Positions 10,366 to 19,507 of a DNA stretch of 64,000 nt are shown here, one piece after another. The stretch covers positions 192,997-256,996 of the forward strand of contig JAEHCQ010000004.1 in NCBI GenBank assembly GCA_020696385.1, read 5' to 3'. The position numbers and the translations under genes were made by a program. The stretch comes from Methanobacteriota archaeon (GTDB lineage: Archaea > Thermoplasmatota > Thermoplasmata > SG8-5 > JAGLSY01). Below the pieces are notes generated by a model. The model was not told the origin of the DNA, made no database searches, and saw nothing but the letters and a program-made list of their open reading frames with translations. The stretch's first letter is position 1. The number at the start of each line of letters is the position of its first letter.

Positions 10366-11406
10366 ATGAGCAATGACCAACTGAGAAAAATAGCCAGCAC
10401 CCTTCTCGCCGAAGGCAAGGTCAAATATTTCCTGGGTAATGTTAGAGGAGCTGATGGCTTTTCCTCAAAACCCACAACTGCCCGAACACCAGAAGAGGCA
10501 AATGAGTTCGTTTGGGATCCATCATGTGTCAATAATATGGCATCCTACCTACATGAGGATAAAAAGAGAATTCTCAAGAGAGGCGAAGAGCCAGACACAA
10601 GACCCATTGGCATATTTGTCAAGGGCTGTGACAGCCGCTCTGTCGCCCTGAATATTCAGGAACACATCTTCGAGAGGGAGCAAATTTACATCGTTGGAGC
10701 GACATGCGAAGGCGTGGTTGATGTTCCAAAGTTGAAGAAGGCCTGGATGAAGAGAGGACTTCCAGTGGCCGCGACCAACACCCTCCAACTTTCCATCGTG
10801 GGCAATGAGGTGATTGCCAGCTTTGATGGGAAACAGGAAAAGTTCGCAAAGGACGATGTCATCATGCAGAGGTGCAAGGTGTGCAGATACCCGAATCCGG
10901 TCATCCACGATGAGCTCATTGGTGAGCAGGTGGAACCAAAGCCCGATGCTTATCCAGACTTGGAGGAGATGGAAGCCATGTCCCCGGCGGAGAGATGGGC
11001 CTTCTGGACCGATCAATTCAGCAATTGTGTCAGATGCCTGGCATGCCGAAATGTATGCCCCGCTTGTTATTGTAGAGAATGCTCTGTACAAAGAAGCAAT
11101 CCGGCTTTTGGACCAAGAACAACGCCGACCGAGAAGATGGCCAAGGCACAGTTCTCGAACAAGACACCGACAAAGGAGGACAATTTCAACTTCCACATGT
11201 CCAGGATGTACCACATGACTGGTAGATGTACCAATTGTGGTGAATGCAACCGTGTTTGTCCAGTCGGGATACCACTCAGGCTTCTGACCAGGAAAATGGA
11301 CAAGGATGTCAGAGAGACATATGACCATGAATCTGGCCTGGATACCGAGCCAAAGAATCTCCTTGCGGAGTATCGTGATGATGATCCAGAGGGGGGTTTC
11401 CTATGA
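10366..11406 (+). CDS. flxC: FlxC-like 4Fe-4S protein (FrhB/FdhB-related)
   Basis: KGCDSR, CVRCLACRNVCPACYC, GRCTNCGECNRVCP; position after mvhD; ATG 10366 follows GGAGGTG (in-frame TTG at 10303 is an alternative start). Confidence 0.8.
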   Translation: MSNDQLRKIASTLLAEGKVKYFLGNVRGADGFSSKPTTARTPEEANEFVWDPSCVNNMASYLHEDKKRILKRGEEPDTRPIGIFVKGCDSRSVALNIQEHIFEREQIYIVGATCEGVVDVPKLKKAWMKRGLPVAATNTLQLSIVGNEVIASFDGKQEKFAKDDVIMQRCKVCRYPNPVIHDELIGEQVEPKPDAYPDLEEMEAMSPAERWAFWTDQFSNCVRCLACRNVCPACYCRECSVQRSNPAFGPRTTPTEKMAKAQFSNKTPTKEDNFNFHMSRMYHMTGRCTNCGECNRVCPVGIPLRLLTRKMDKDVRETYDHESGLDTEPKNLLAEYRDDDPEGGFL

Positions 11407-12440
11407 CGACCTACAAGATATCCAAGGATAAGATGAATGAATTGCTTAGCAGTATCAAGGGCTATGACGTTTATGTCCCTACTGAATTGGGAGACAAGTT
11501 CCAATTCAAGGTCATGAAGGATGCTGGAGATGCCAAACTGGGATATTCCCAATCTGCCAAGCCTCCAAAGGATGTGATCTTCCCACAGAATGAAGTTCTC
11601 ATGAATTACAAGATCCAGCCCAATGGCTTCGATGTTGATCAGGTGATAGACTCGATCGGTAAGTTCGTGATATTCGGAATTCGGAATTGTGATTCACGCG
11701 CTCTGAAGTATCTGGACACTCAAATGCTCAATGGCAAGTATGTCGATCCTTACTATGCGAAGAGGCGTGAGAACACAACGGTTGTAGGACTGGCGTGCAA
11801 CACCCCGCTTTACAACTGCTTCTGCAAATCCGTAGGAGCTGGCCCTCATCATAAAGAGGGGCACGATGTCCACCTCACGGAGCTGGATGATGGCTACCTT
11901 GTCGAGATAATCACCGACAAGGGAAAGGAGTTGCTCGCCAATTCCATGTCTTTATTGGCTGGATCATCCGATGCCGATGCCTCAAAACAGGCCGAGCTCA
12001 AACAGGCCTGTGAAGCGAAGTTTGTCAGAAAGCTCGATATCAAAGGCAATGACAAGAGAATGCTTGATATCTTCGAATCCGACTACTGGCGTGATGTTTC
12101 AGACGGTTGTATCGGCTGTGGAATATGCACATTATTGTGCCCGACATGTTTCTGCTTCGATATCCAGGATATCGGAAGCCGAAAAGAAGGCCAGAGGGTT
12201 CGAGTATGGGACTCGTGCCAATATCCAGAGTATACCATGCACGCTTCCAGCCACAATCCAAGACCGGGCAAGAAGGAGAGGCAGAGGCAGAGATTCTTCC
12301 ACAAGTACGTTTACAGCTACAAGAACAATCAGATGTTAGGCTGTGTGGGCTGTGGAAGGTGCATCAACCAGTGCCCGACCCAGATTGATATAATTGATGT
12401 AATTGAAGGAGTTAAGAATGTGAAGGAGGTGGATCAATGA
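11403..12440 (+). CDS. flxB: FlxB / AsrA-like 4Fe-4S dicluster protein
   Basis: FGIRNCD, CIGCGICTLLCPTCFCF, RVRVWDSC, CVGCGRCINQCP. Confidence 0.85.
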   Translation: MTTYKISKDKMNELLSSIKGYDVYVPTELGDKFQFKVMKDAGDAKLGYSQSAKPPKDVIFPQNEVLMNYKIQPNGFDVDQVIDSIGKFVIFGIRNCDSRALKYLDTQMLNGKYVDPYYAKRRENTTVVGLACNTPLYNCFCKSVGAGPHHKEGHDVHLTELDDGYLVEIITDKGKELLANSMSLLAGSSDADASKQAELKQACEAKFVRKLDIKGNDKRMLDIFESDYWRDVSDGCIGCGICTLLCPTCFCFDIQDIGSRKEGQRVRVWDSCQYPEYTMHASSHNPRPGKKERQRQRFFHKYVYSYKNNQMLGCVGCGRCINQCPTQIDIIDVIEGVKNVKEVDQ

Positions 12441-12492
12441 GCGACTGTAAGAAGCGCATTGATAACTCCGACTTGAAAAGGAGGAGTTCACA

Positions 12493-13422
12493 ATGAGTGA
12501 TAATCCATACGAACCAATGCCAGCAAGGGTGATCGGCGTATCCATGGAAGCCGGAGGAATCAGGCCGGTGAAGAAGATACAGGTGGCTTTCGTAAACGAA
12601 GAGGATAAGAACAATTTCAAGAACGTGCCAGGCAACTGCGCGATCCTTTCCATGATCGGCCAGGGTGAGAGCATGATATCCATCACCTCACCGCCAACGG
12701 AGAAGGACTTCCTCGAGTTCGCTATCATGAAGGTCGGAGTCGTTACAACCGCACTCCATGAACTTGAAGTGGGCGATATCGTGGGTGTACGCGGACCATA
12801 CGGCAACGCCTTCCCCATAGACGATTGGAAGGGCAAGGATATAGTCATAATAGGAGCCGGAATTGGAATGGCTCCTATCAGGTCGATATACAATTACATC
12901 CTGCACCCGGACAATCGCAAGGACTTCGGAAAGGTGACATTGATGTACGGAGCCAGAACACCGAATGATCTTTCTTTCAAGAAGGAATTGTTTGAGTATG
13001 AGGATCAAGCAGATCCAGATGTGTTCCTCTGCATCGACTGGAAATTCGGACCCAATGGCATGATGGACGAGGACGCACAGGAAGGATGGCCCAGGATCAA
13101 TATGAAAGATGCTGGCGCGACCGTGATCCCGCCAGGTCAGACACGATTCACATGCTTCGTGCCACAGTTGGTGGAGATGATCAAACCAAGCCCGGAAAAT
13201 ACCATCGCCATCACTTGCGGACCACCAATTGCGATAAAGTTCATAACTCAGAACTTGTCCAAGCTCGGATTCGATGATGAGCAGATATTCACCACCATGG
13301 AGAACAGGATGAAATGCGGTATCGGCAAATGTGGCCGATGCAATATCGGTGACGTGTTCGTTTGCGTTGATGGGCCAGTGTTCAACTACAAGCAGGTGAA
13401 AGAACTACTGCCGGAATATTAG
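12493..13422 (+). CDS. flxA: FlxA / AsrB / PyrK-like FAD- and NAD-binding [2Fe-2S] subunit
   Basis: RGPYGNAF, GAGIGMAPIRS, CGPP, MKCGIGKCGRCNIG...VCVDGPVF. Confidence 0.88.
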   Translation: MSDNPYEPMPARVIGVSMEAGGIRPVKKIQVAFVNEEDKNNFKNVPGNCAILSMIGQGESMISITSPPTEKDFLEFAIMKVGVVTTALHELEVGDIVGVRGPYGNAFPIDDWKGKDIVIIGAGIGMAPIRSIYNYILHPDNRKDFGKVTLMYGARTPNDLSFKKELFEYEDQADPDVFLCIDWKFGPNGMMDEDAQEGWPRINMKDAGATVIPPGQTRFTCFVPQLVEMIKPSPENTIAITCGPPIAIKFITQNLSKLGFDDEQIFTTMENRMKCGIGKCGRCNIGDVFVCVDGPVFNYKQVKELLPEY

Positions 13423-13468
13423 AACGACCAGGTCTCTTACCTGGAAGTTCTAAAACTGGGGTGGGACT

Positions 13469-13675
13469 CTATTGTAAACCTGAAGAAGAAGAACCTGCTG
13501 TAAAGCTGAAAAGTGCTCCAACAGTCATCAAAGTAATTCCTATTATGAACAATAGCTCCCCAGTGTGCAATAGAAGTTTTTCATATTTCTGACTCCGTCG
13601 AGATCTATAAATCATTAGTAGACCAGCTATCAGAAATATCGGCGAATAGTAAAAATAAATCATATGATCTTCCAT
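13469..13675 (-). CDS. Small hypothetical membrane protein (2 TM)
   Basis: 68-aa ORF with two hydrophobic segments; GAGG upstream on the minus strand. Confidence 0.45.
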   Translation of the reverse strand: MEDHMIYFYYSPIFLIAGLLMIYRSRRSQKYEKLLLHTGELLFIIGITLMTVGALFSFTAGSSSSGLQ

Positions 13676-13843
13676 GTGAACCTCTCTGCTTGCCTAAGTC
13701 TCCTAAATGCTGCACAAATATATATACCCACCCCATTCAATCGATATGCCCCCCACCCAGCTCCTCTCTGGCTCGCCCCTTCCCCCGCTCACCTGCTCGG
13801 AGCTGTCGCTACTTATTGAAACTATGAAGAATGGATAGTTTAA

Positions 13844-14287
13844 TCAATACTTCGAAGGACACCCTATCTGCATACTCCAAGACTCGATAGTGTACACACC
13901 ATCAACTTCCTTGAAATCGCCTTTCAGAACAACAATGGCATTATTGGTGAATCCATCTGGGAAGGCTGTTGTATGATTGGCATGAATGAAAGTAATATTA
14001 TCGCCTTCGTCCACCAGTGTGAACTCATCAGATGAGACATTCCAATCCCTCACAATGCCCTTGATACTTATCTCCTTGTCAAGGTATTTGGCTGTGTCAT
14101 CAGCCACCTGGTGCACCTCGTATATCTCTTCTGGCACCATGCCCCAGAGTAGGATGCCGACGACGACAACGACGACGACGATGAAAACACCGAGCTTGAT
14201 CTGCTTCTCGGTGATCTTCTTCTTCGGCTTCGCTTCTGTCTTCACTTCAGGATCAATTACCTTCTCCTGAATCTCGGTTTCGTCCAT
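13844..14287 (-). CDS. ccmE: Heme chaperone CcmE (CxxxY variant)
   Basis: N-terminal TM, OB-fold-like body, terminal GCPSKY; last gene of the ccm run. Confidence 0.88.
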   Translation of the reverse strand: MDETEIQEKVIDPEVKTEAKPKKKITEKQIKLGVFIVVVVVVVGILLWGMVPEEIYEVHQVADDTAKYLDKEISIKGIVRDWNVSSDEFTLVDEGDNITFIHANHTTAFPDGFTNNAIVVLKGDFKEVDGVYTIESWSMQIGCPSKY

Positions 14288-14417
14288 CCATAACCTCCTT
14301 CAGCATTTTCATTTCCCTTCCTAATTTTCTCTGGTCAAGCATTAATTTGACCAGATAAGCGAAGGTCAGTCCCCAAATTATCGAGTATCCAATGTACATG
14401 TAAGTTATATCATCCAT
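14253..14417 (-). CDS. ccmD: CcmD-like small membrane protein (54 aa, below ORF-track cutoff)
   Basis: Hand translation MDDITYMYIGYSIIWGLTFAYLVKLMLDQRKLGREMKMLKEVMDGRNRDSGEGN: one aromatic TM then a charged helix; overlaps ccmC stop and ccmE start; AGGTGA upstream. Confidence 0.75.
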   Translation of the reverse strand: MDDITYMYIGYSIIWGLTFAYLVKLMLDQRKLGREMKMLKEVMDGRNRDSGEGN

Positions 14418-15102
14418 CCAAGTCACCTATCTCTTGCTTTATTTCTTCTAATTCTTCTTTTGTAATTTCAAGATCGGTCTTCATCATCAAGATCCCCAGG
14501 TAAAGGAATGTGAAGGCGAATACCGCTGTTACCAGTGTCTGCACCATCGTCGTCTGCAAGCTCCCGCCTTCGGAAGCGATCACCGTGGGATGGAACTGCG
14601 TCCATATCCTATTGGCTGCGAAGCTCAGGGGGATGCATAGGAAGCCGATTATCCCGAAAACAGCGCTGATCCTGGCCCTTGCCTTACCGGGATCGCTGTT
14701 GGACCTTAGAGCGAGGTAAGCGATGAATACGAGCCATAGGACCATGGTCATGAATAATTTCATATCATCCCATATCCAGAAGACGCCCCAAACACCCTTG
14801 GCCCATAATGCGCCAGTGATGATGGCCGCGGTACAGAAGACCACGCCGATCTCGGCTGACGAGTAAGCCAATATATCGTATTTCATATTGTTTGTTTTCA
14901 GATACAACAGACTGCCAAGTAGAGTGATGCCAAATGCGAGGTATGAGACCCAGGCCGATGCGACATGGAAATAGAATATTCGCTGAACATCGCCCATTGT
15001 ATCATGGGTCGGAGCCCAAAGGAAGGCCATGTACAATCCTGTGAATGTCAGGGCCGCGGAGGCCAGTAACATAATAATTGTTAAAATATTCTTCTTTGTC
15101 AT
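14410..15102 (-). CDS. ccmC: Heme exporter protein CcmC
   Basis: QRIFYFHVASAW, TGALWAKGVWGVFWIWDD (WWD domain), HP. Confidence 0.92.
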   Translation of the reverse strand: MTKKNILTIIMLLASAALTFTGLYMAFLWAPTHDTMGDVQRIFYFHVASAWVSYLAFGITLLGSLLYLKTNNMKYDILAYSSAEIGVVFCTAAIITGALWAKGVWGVFWIWDDMKLFMTMVLWLVFIAYLALRSNSDPGKARARISAVFGIIGFLCIPLSFAANRIWTQFHPTVIASEGGSLQTTMVQTLVTAVFAFTFLYLGILMMKTDLEITKEELEEIKQEIGDLDG

Positions 15103-15103
15103 G

Positions 15104-15823
15104 TCATTCCTCAATTATGTAATCTATCATCAGGTAACCGCTGGCTACAAAGATTATATCGAATGCCAATATAAGCTTTATCCCATTGGAAAGATCTGCT
15201 AAGACCGCTCCATCGAATATCTGGAAGGTGGCTTCCACAGATGTCATGATGACCGTGAAGAGCAGGATGGGTATGAGCAGGACTGGGAGCATGACCTGGC
15301 TCTGCGACAAGTTTGCCGATATGGCCGAGATCAGATTTCCCAGGGCTGTGAAGCCGATGGTTCCCAGTACGATGATGCCCAACAACAATACCATGTCTGG
15401 CATTGGTTGGGCGAAGAAGGCGAAGAATACCACTGTTGAAAAGAGATTCAATCCCAATATTATAATGAAGGTCGCCAGGAACTTGCCGAAGTAGATGGAA
15501 GAAGCGGATATCGGAGCCAGCATCAATCCTTCCTTCGTTCCCTGCTCCACCTCTCTCTGGTAAATAGGAGCCAGTGCGAACATCCCGCTGAAGAAGAAAG
15601 TGATCCACAAGATCGGAGACGCCAGTTCGGTCTCCGAGAAATCTATGAACTTAAATATGAACCTGAAGGAAGCCAGTATCATCAATGAAAGAATGAGCAT
15701 GGAATTGATCATCTGCTTGTTCCTGAATTCTATCCTCAGCTCTTTCAGGAATATCGCACGGGTGGCACTAATCAGAATCCCTCCTTTTCGAACCTCTCGA
15801 TTCCCTCGAGCTTTTGAATACAA
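15104..15823 (-). CDS. ccmB: Heme exporter permease CcmB (true start probably near CTG 15775)
   Basis: KELRIEFR, REVEQGTKEGLMLAP, IYFGK, MLPVLLIP; the only SD-like GGAGGG lies just before ATT/CTG codons. Confidence 0.88.
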   Translation of the reverse strand: MYSKARGNREVRKGGILISATRAIFLKELRIEFRNKQMINSMLILSLMILASFRFIFKFIDFSETELASPILWITFFFSGMFALAPIYQREVEQGTKEGLMLAPISASSIYFGKFLATFIIILGLNLFSTVVFFAFFAQPMPDMVLLLGIIVLGTIGFTALGNLISAISANLSQSQVMLPVLLIPILLFTVIMTSVEATFQIFDGAVLADLSNGIKLILAFDIIFVASGYLMIDYIIEE

Positions 15824-15931
15824 TCACTTCGTTCTCGCATTCAAAGTCGGGCTTTCGTATGTGGGGGCTCTGCCCACACATATGAAACTTCGAATACTGT
15901 TCGAAGTTCCCAATGCGCTCCTTGCAGTCGC

Positions 15932-16660
15932 TCATTGATTCTCACCTCCCAGTATCTCCTTGTATTTGGATAGGAATTCCCCTGTATCTGTATTATCATC
16001 AGCTATGATCTTTCCTTTGGATAGGATGCCTCTTCGCGTGGCTATCTCCATTCCTTTTTCAAGGTCATGAGTGATCATGAAGAATGTCACACCTTCTTGA
16101 TTCATTTTCTTGATGACCTTGTTCAGCATGGCCTGGGCATTCAGATCAAGACCGGAATACGGCTCATCCAGGAAAACAAGATCCGGCGAGTGGAGAAGGG
16201 TTCTGGCCAATGCCAGCCTCTGCTTCATCCCCCTGGAGAAGGAGCCCACCTTGTCGAATGATCTATGATAGAGTTCCACCATCTTCAGCATCTCTTCAAT
16301 CCTTTTCTCCTTGTTAGGTATGGAATAAAGGTCTGCGAAGAAATCTAAATTCTCGCTGGCCGTGAGATCCCTGTAAAGATATGGCTCGTGGGACATGAAC
16401 CCTATTTTTCTTCGAATATCTCTGAGGTCATCATCACTGTTCATGCCAAAGTGAGTGATTTCTCCTTTGTCCGAGTGTATGAGGGTGGCCAGTATCTTGA
16501 CCAGGGTGGTCTTGCCGACACCATTGGAACCAAAGAGGACATAAATATCTCCCTTGTGAAGATCCAGATCCAGGCCATTGAGCACGTTCTTCTTTCCGAA
16601 GCTTCTTCGAATGCCCTTGGCCTTGAGAATTACATCTGCCATTGATATGATGGAATTCAT
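15932..16660 (-). CDS. ccmA: Heme exporter ATP-binding protein CcmA
   Basis: GSNGVGKTT, FSRGMKQR, LDEPYSGLD; directly upstream of ccmB/C. Confidence 0.88.
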   Translation of the reverse strand: MNSIISMADVILKAKGIRRSFGKKNVLNGLDLDLHKGDIYVLFGSNGVGKTTLVKILATLIHSDKGEITHFGMNSDDDLRDIRRKIGFMSHEPYLYRDLTASENLDFFADLYSIPNKEKRIEEMLKMVELYHRSFDKVGSFSRGMKQRLALARTLLHSPDLVFLDEPYSGLDLNAQAMLNKVIKKMNQEGVTFFMITHDLEKGMEIATRRGILSKGKIIADDNTDTGEFLSKYKEILGGENQ

Positions 16661-16688
16661 TGTTATTATTAAAACCTTCTAAAAAGAA

Positions 16689-17393
16689 TCATCTTCTGGG
16701 ATCTTCCCCGAACATATCGATGTCCTTGAGTTCGTCAGGGTGATGGTGTTTCATCTGTTTACGGGTCATCTTTCCCGTGAGCCAGGTCATCTGCATTGGA
16801 TCATCTGGTAGGAAATGCACATTGTAAAAGTGAGATATTATAACGACCAGTGTGGCGACGAAGGCCTCGTAGAAATGCATAACTCCGGCTAGATTCACCC
16901 AGCCAAAGGGAATGAATTCCAATGCTTGGAATGGGAACCATAGGATGAAACCAGTTATTCCCATGACCAATATACCCCAGACAACACCCCAGTATTCCAA
17001 TTTCTCCTTCCAGATATATCTATCCCAGGATGGCATTTCGCCAAAACCAAAGAGGGCTTTGAAGTATTGGATCAATTCTCTAACATCTCTTTTGCTGATC
17101 ATCATCTTGTGCTTCATGAGGGATTTTATGTTTTTGTGATTGATCAAAAGATTGAATACGTGGTAAACCCCAAGAAGAACCATCAAAAGACCGGACCAAT
17201 GGTGTATTTGTGTTCTCCACCACCATCCGCCCATGAGCTCCACGAGGAGTTTCGCCCACCAGGTTTCTGGGAAGCTTAGAGGGAAACCTGTGACTATCTG
17301 GGCTACGAACGTACCTAGCAGTACGATATGCTGGATACGGGTGTTCTTACCCCATCGCAGGTATTCTTTTTGATCATTCTCTTCGCTTTCCAT
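16689..17393 (-). CDS. Di-heme cytochrome b (FdnI/HydC-like) membrane subunit
   Basis: RIQH..., IHHWSG, EKLEYWGVVWG, MHFYEAFVA...SHFYNVH, WLTGKM: four-TM cytochrome b pattern. Confidence 0.85.
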   Translation of the reverse strand: MESEENDQKEYLRWGKNTRIQHIVLLGTFVAQIVTGFPLSFPETWWAKLLVELMGGWWWRTQIHHWSGLLMVLLGVYHVFNLLINHKNIKSLMKHKMMISKRDVRELIQYFKALFGFGEMPSWDRYIWKEKLEYWGVVWGILVMGITGFILWFPFQALEFIPFGWVNLAGVMHFYEAFVATLVVIISHFYNVHFLPDDPMQMTWLTGKMTRKQMKHHHPDELKDIDMFGEDPRR

Positions 17394-18599
17394 TTATTCA
17401 CCTCCCTCTTCAGTTTCACTTTCTTCTTTCTTTGCTTTCCACTTGTTCACTGTTCTTCCAACTATTTTTCCCCAGCCATAGTTCTCAAGGAACATGAGTC
17501 CGATCAGTCCGCCCATCATGCCAAGGATCGCTAATTTGTATATCATTGGAATAAGTTCTATGAGGTTGAGGCCAAAGATGTAGTAAACCTCTTCCCTCTC
17601 TCCCATTGATCCCTCATAATGTACATGTCCCTGCGCAACCAATTCCAGGTCCAGCTCGTTACCGTGGCATTCCTTACTGCTGGATCCTCCTGAACATGTA
17701 TCCGCAATATTACTTGAGTGGACAATTGAATCTGGATCTGAAACTGGTTTGATGCCATGCACACCGTGGCAGTCTGGACAGGATGCCACGATCTCTCCAC
17801 CAAACACCACATAAGCCCCATGATATGAATCCTGGAAGCTGTAAAATTTGGATGAGTGGCAATTGCCGCATGTGTCCGGGCTGTTCAATGTGTAAACTGG
17901 TGATTCTGGATTATTATGCTTTTCAATATGATGGATACCATGACAATCCGTGCAGGTATTGGCCACAATGGTCTCTCCATCTTCATTCAAGATATATCCA
18001 TTATGGATACTGGTCTTGAACTCTGCAGATTCGTTTGCATGGCATCCTCCACATATTTTCAGGATATCCTCTCTTTCTGGTAATCCAATGAAATTACCGC
18101 TCATTGCATCCACATCATTGTTTGGATCACCACCATGGCAATCCGCACAGGTAGTTCCGGCTTCCTTGTGGGTGCTGGAGAACCAGTCATTACCTGCCAT
18201 TGTGTAGTTAATGCCCGCATGGCAGTCCGCACAGGTGATATCAACTGGAATATGACTCACATTCCAGTCATCATTAAAAGTAGCTGCCATTTTATCAGGA
18301 TGGCAATCTGAACAATACATTTCATAATCCATGTGGCTGGGCCACCATTCATCACTGTGTATTGTGATGTCAGCACCTTCTATGTCACTGTGACATTCCA
18401 GACAGCTTAGGCCTGCAACTGGTGTAACATCCTCATATGTGAATTCTAGATCGGGCTCATGATATTCCAGCATGTCTTTATTGACATTTTGGATATCTAT
18501 GTAAATGTAAAGCAGGAGTGAAATAACACAGACCAAATACAATATCCATGCATAATTTCTAATGAACCCCTTGATGCCGGATCGTGTAGCCATCCTCAT
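17394..18599 (-). CDS. Membrane-anchored nonaheme cytochrome c (CbcL-like c domain)
   Basis: 8 CxxCH plus one CX8CH (CSGGSSSKECH); N- and C-terminal TM; abuts the cytochrome b gene. Confidence 0.88.
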   Translation of the reverse strand: MRMATRSGIKGFIRNYAWILYLVCVISLLLYIYIDIQNVNKDMLEYHEPDLEFTYEDVTPVAGLSCLECHSDIEGADITIHSDEWWPSHMDYEMYCSDCHPDKMAATFNDDWNVSHIPVDITCADCHAGINYTMAGNDWFSSTHKEAGTTCADCHGGDPNNDVDAMSGNFIGLPEREDILKICGGCHANESAEFKTSIHNGYILNEDGETIVANTCTDCHGIHHIEKHNNPESPVYTLNSPDTCGNCHSSKFYSFQDSYHGAYVVFGGEIVASCPDCHGVHGIKPVSDPDSIVHSSNIADTCSGGSSSKECHGNELDLELVAQGHVHYEGSMGEREEVYYIFGLNLIELIPMIYKLAILGMMGGLIGLMFLENYGWGKIVGRTVNKWKAKKEESETEEGGE

Positions 18600-19414
18600 T
18601 TACCTCCCGATCTTGATGTGAATCTAATAGCAATGGCGACCATTGAGATCAAAGCCAGGATCGTCAAGAACCCAGGGGCTGGCAATAGCTTATCATGCTC
18701 TTCATATACATCTTCTTCCAGATCATATATGCCCAGATCCTCTAGTAGGTCTTTAGGTGGCTCATCCACGAAGATAAAAGTGGAGCCCGTTGCTGTGCCT
18801 TCAGAATATTCTGCCTCTATGATGGCCTTATGAGTTCCTGCCACAGGAGCGACCTCGAATATCACATATCGCATTTCTTCCTTCAGAATAGTGATACTCT
18901 TTAGGGTCTGTAGGACCTCACCGTCTATAATGAGTGATACATTGACATCTCTCGCATTGCCATTTCCTGTATTGTTCACATAAGCGTAAACGAACATCTT
19001 CTGCCCCTCATAGGTGTCCTTGGCAGATCTGTTAACATTAGTTATGATCAGGTGAGCTATGCGAGGAGATGGTATGGATGTGGCATCCCCTGGGTTTGAA
19101 GCATTCTCTATCTCATTCCTATTAGGGTAACCATCATCATCCGAATCAAGGTGACCAATGGCGCTGATCGCACCAGCGGCATCGGATACATGATCGGTCT
19201 CGGCTTCGAAATCCACACCATATGGATTAAGCCCTGCAAAATCTCCTGGTGGATGGCATACATCACAATCCCCCTTGAGATCGCCTTCGATATAAGACCC
19301 GTAAGAACTATAGCCAGATGAGATAAAACAGGTAACTAGTAGAAGAGTTATGAATACCGGGATGAGCAGGGCTATCTTGATCGATCTCGCCCTCCATCTC
19401 CTTGGTCCTTCCAT
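18596..19414 (-). CDS. Surface monoheme cytochrome with CARDB-like domain and PGF-CTERM anchor
   Basis: Signal peptide, CDVCH, DSDDDGYPN..E Ca-binding-like repeat, VNNTGNGNA..VNVSL Ig-like segment, APGF + TM + basic tail; start moved to ATG 19414. Confidence 0.75.
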   Translation of the reverse strand: MEGPRRWRARSIKIALLIPVFITLLLVTCFISSGYSSYGSYIEGDLKGDCDVCHPPGDFAGLNPYGVDFEAETDHVSDAAGAISAIGHLDSDDDGYPNRNEIENASNPGDATSIPSPRIAHLIITNVNRSAKDTYEGQKMFVYAYVNNTGNGNARDVNVSLIIDGEVLQTLKSITILKEEMRYVIFEVAPVAGTHKAIIEAEYSEGTATGSTFIFVDEPPKDLLEDLGIYDLEEDVYEEHDKLLPAPGFLTILALISMVAIAIRFTSRSGGK

Positions 19415-19507
19415 GGTATTCACGCTCTGTTTATTTCTTGATTTTATTTCCTGACTATATGATGTAATATTTATACATGTTCTAAACAATAGTTAACACT
19501 TATTTGC

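Noticed and set aside
3985-13422. Evidence for methanogenesis or an Mvh hydrogenase
   Set aside because: No mcr, mtr or mvhAG in the window; gene order matches hdr-flx, which is common in non-methanogens.
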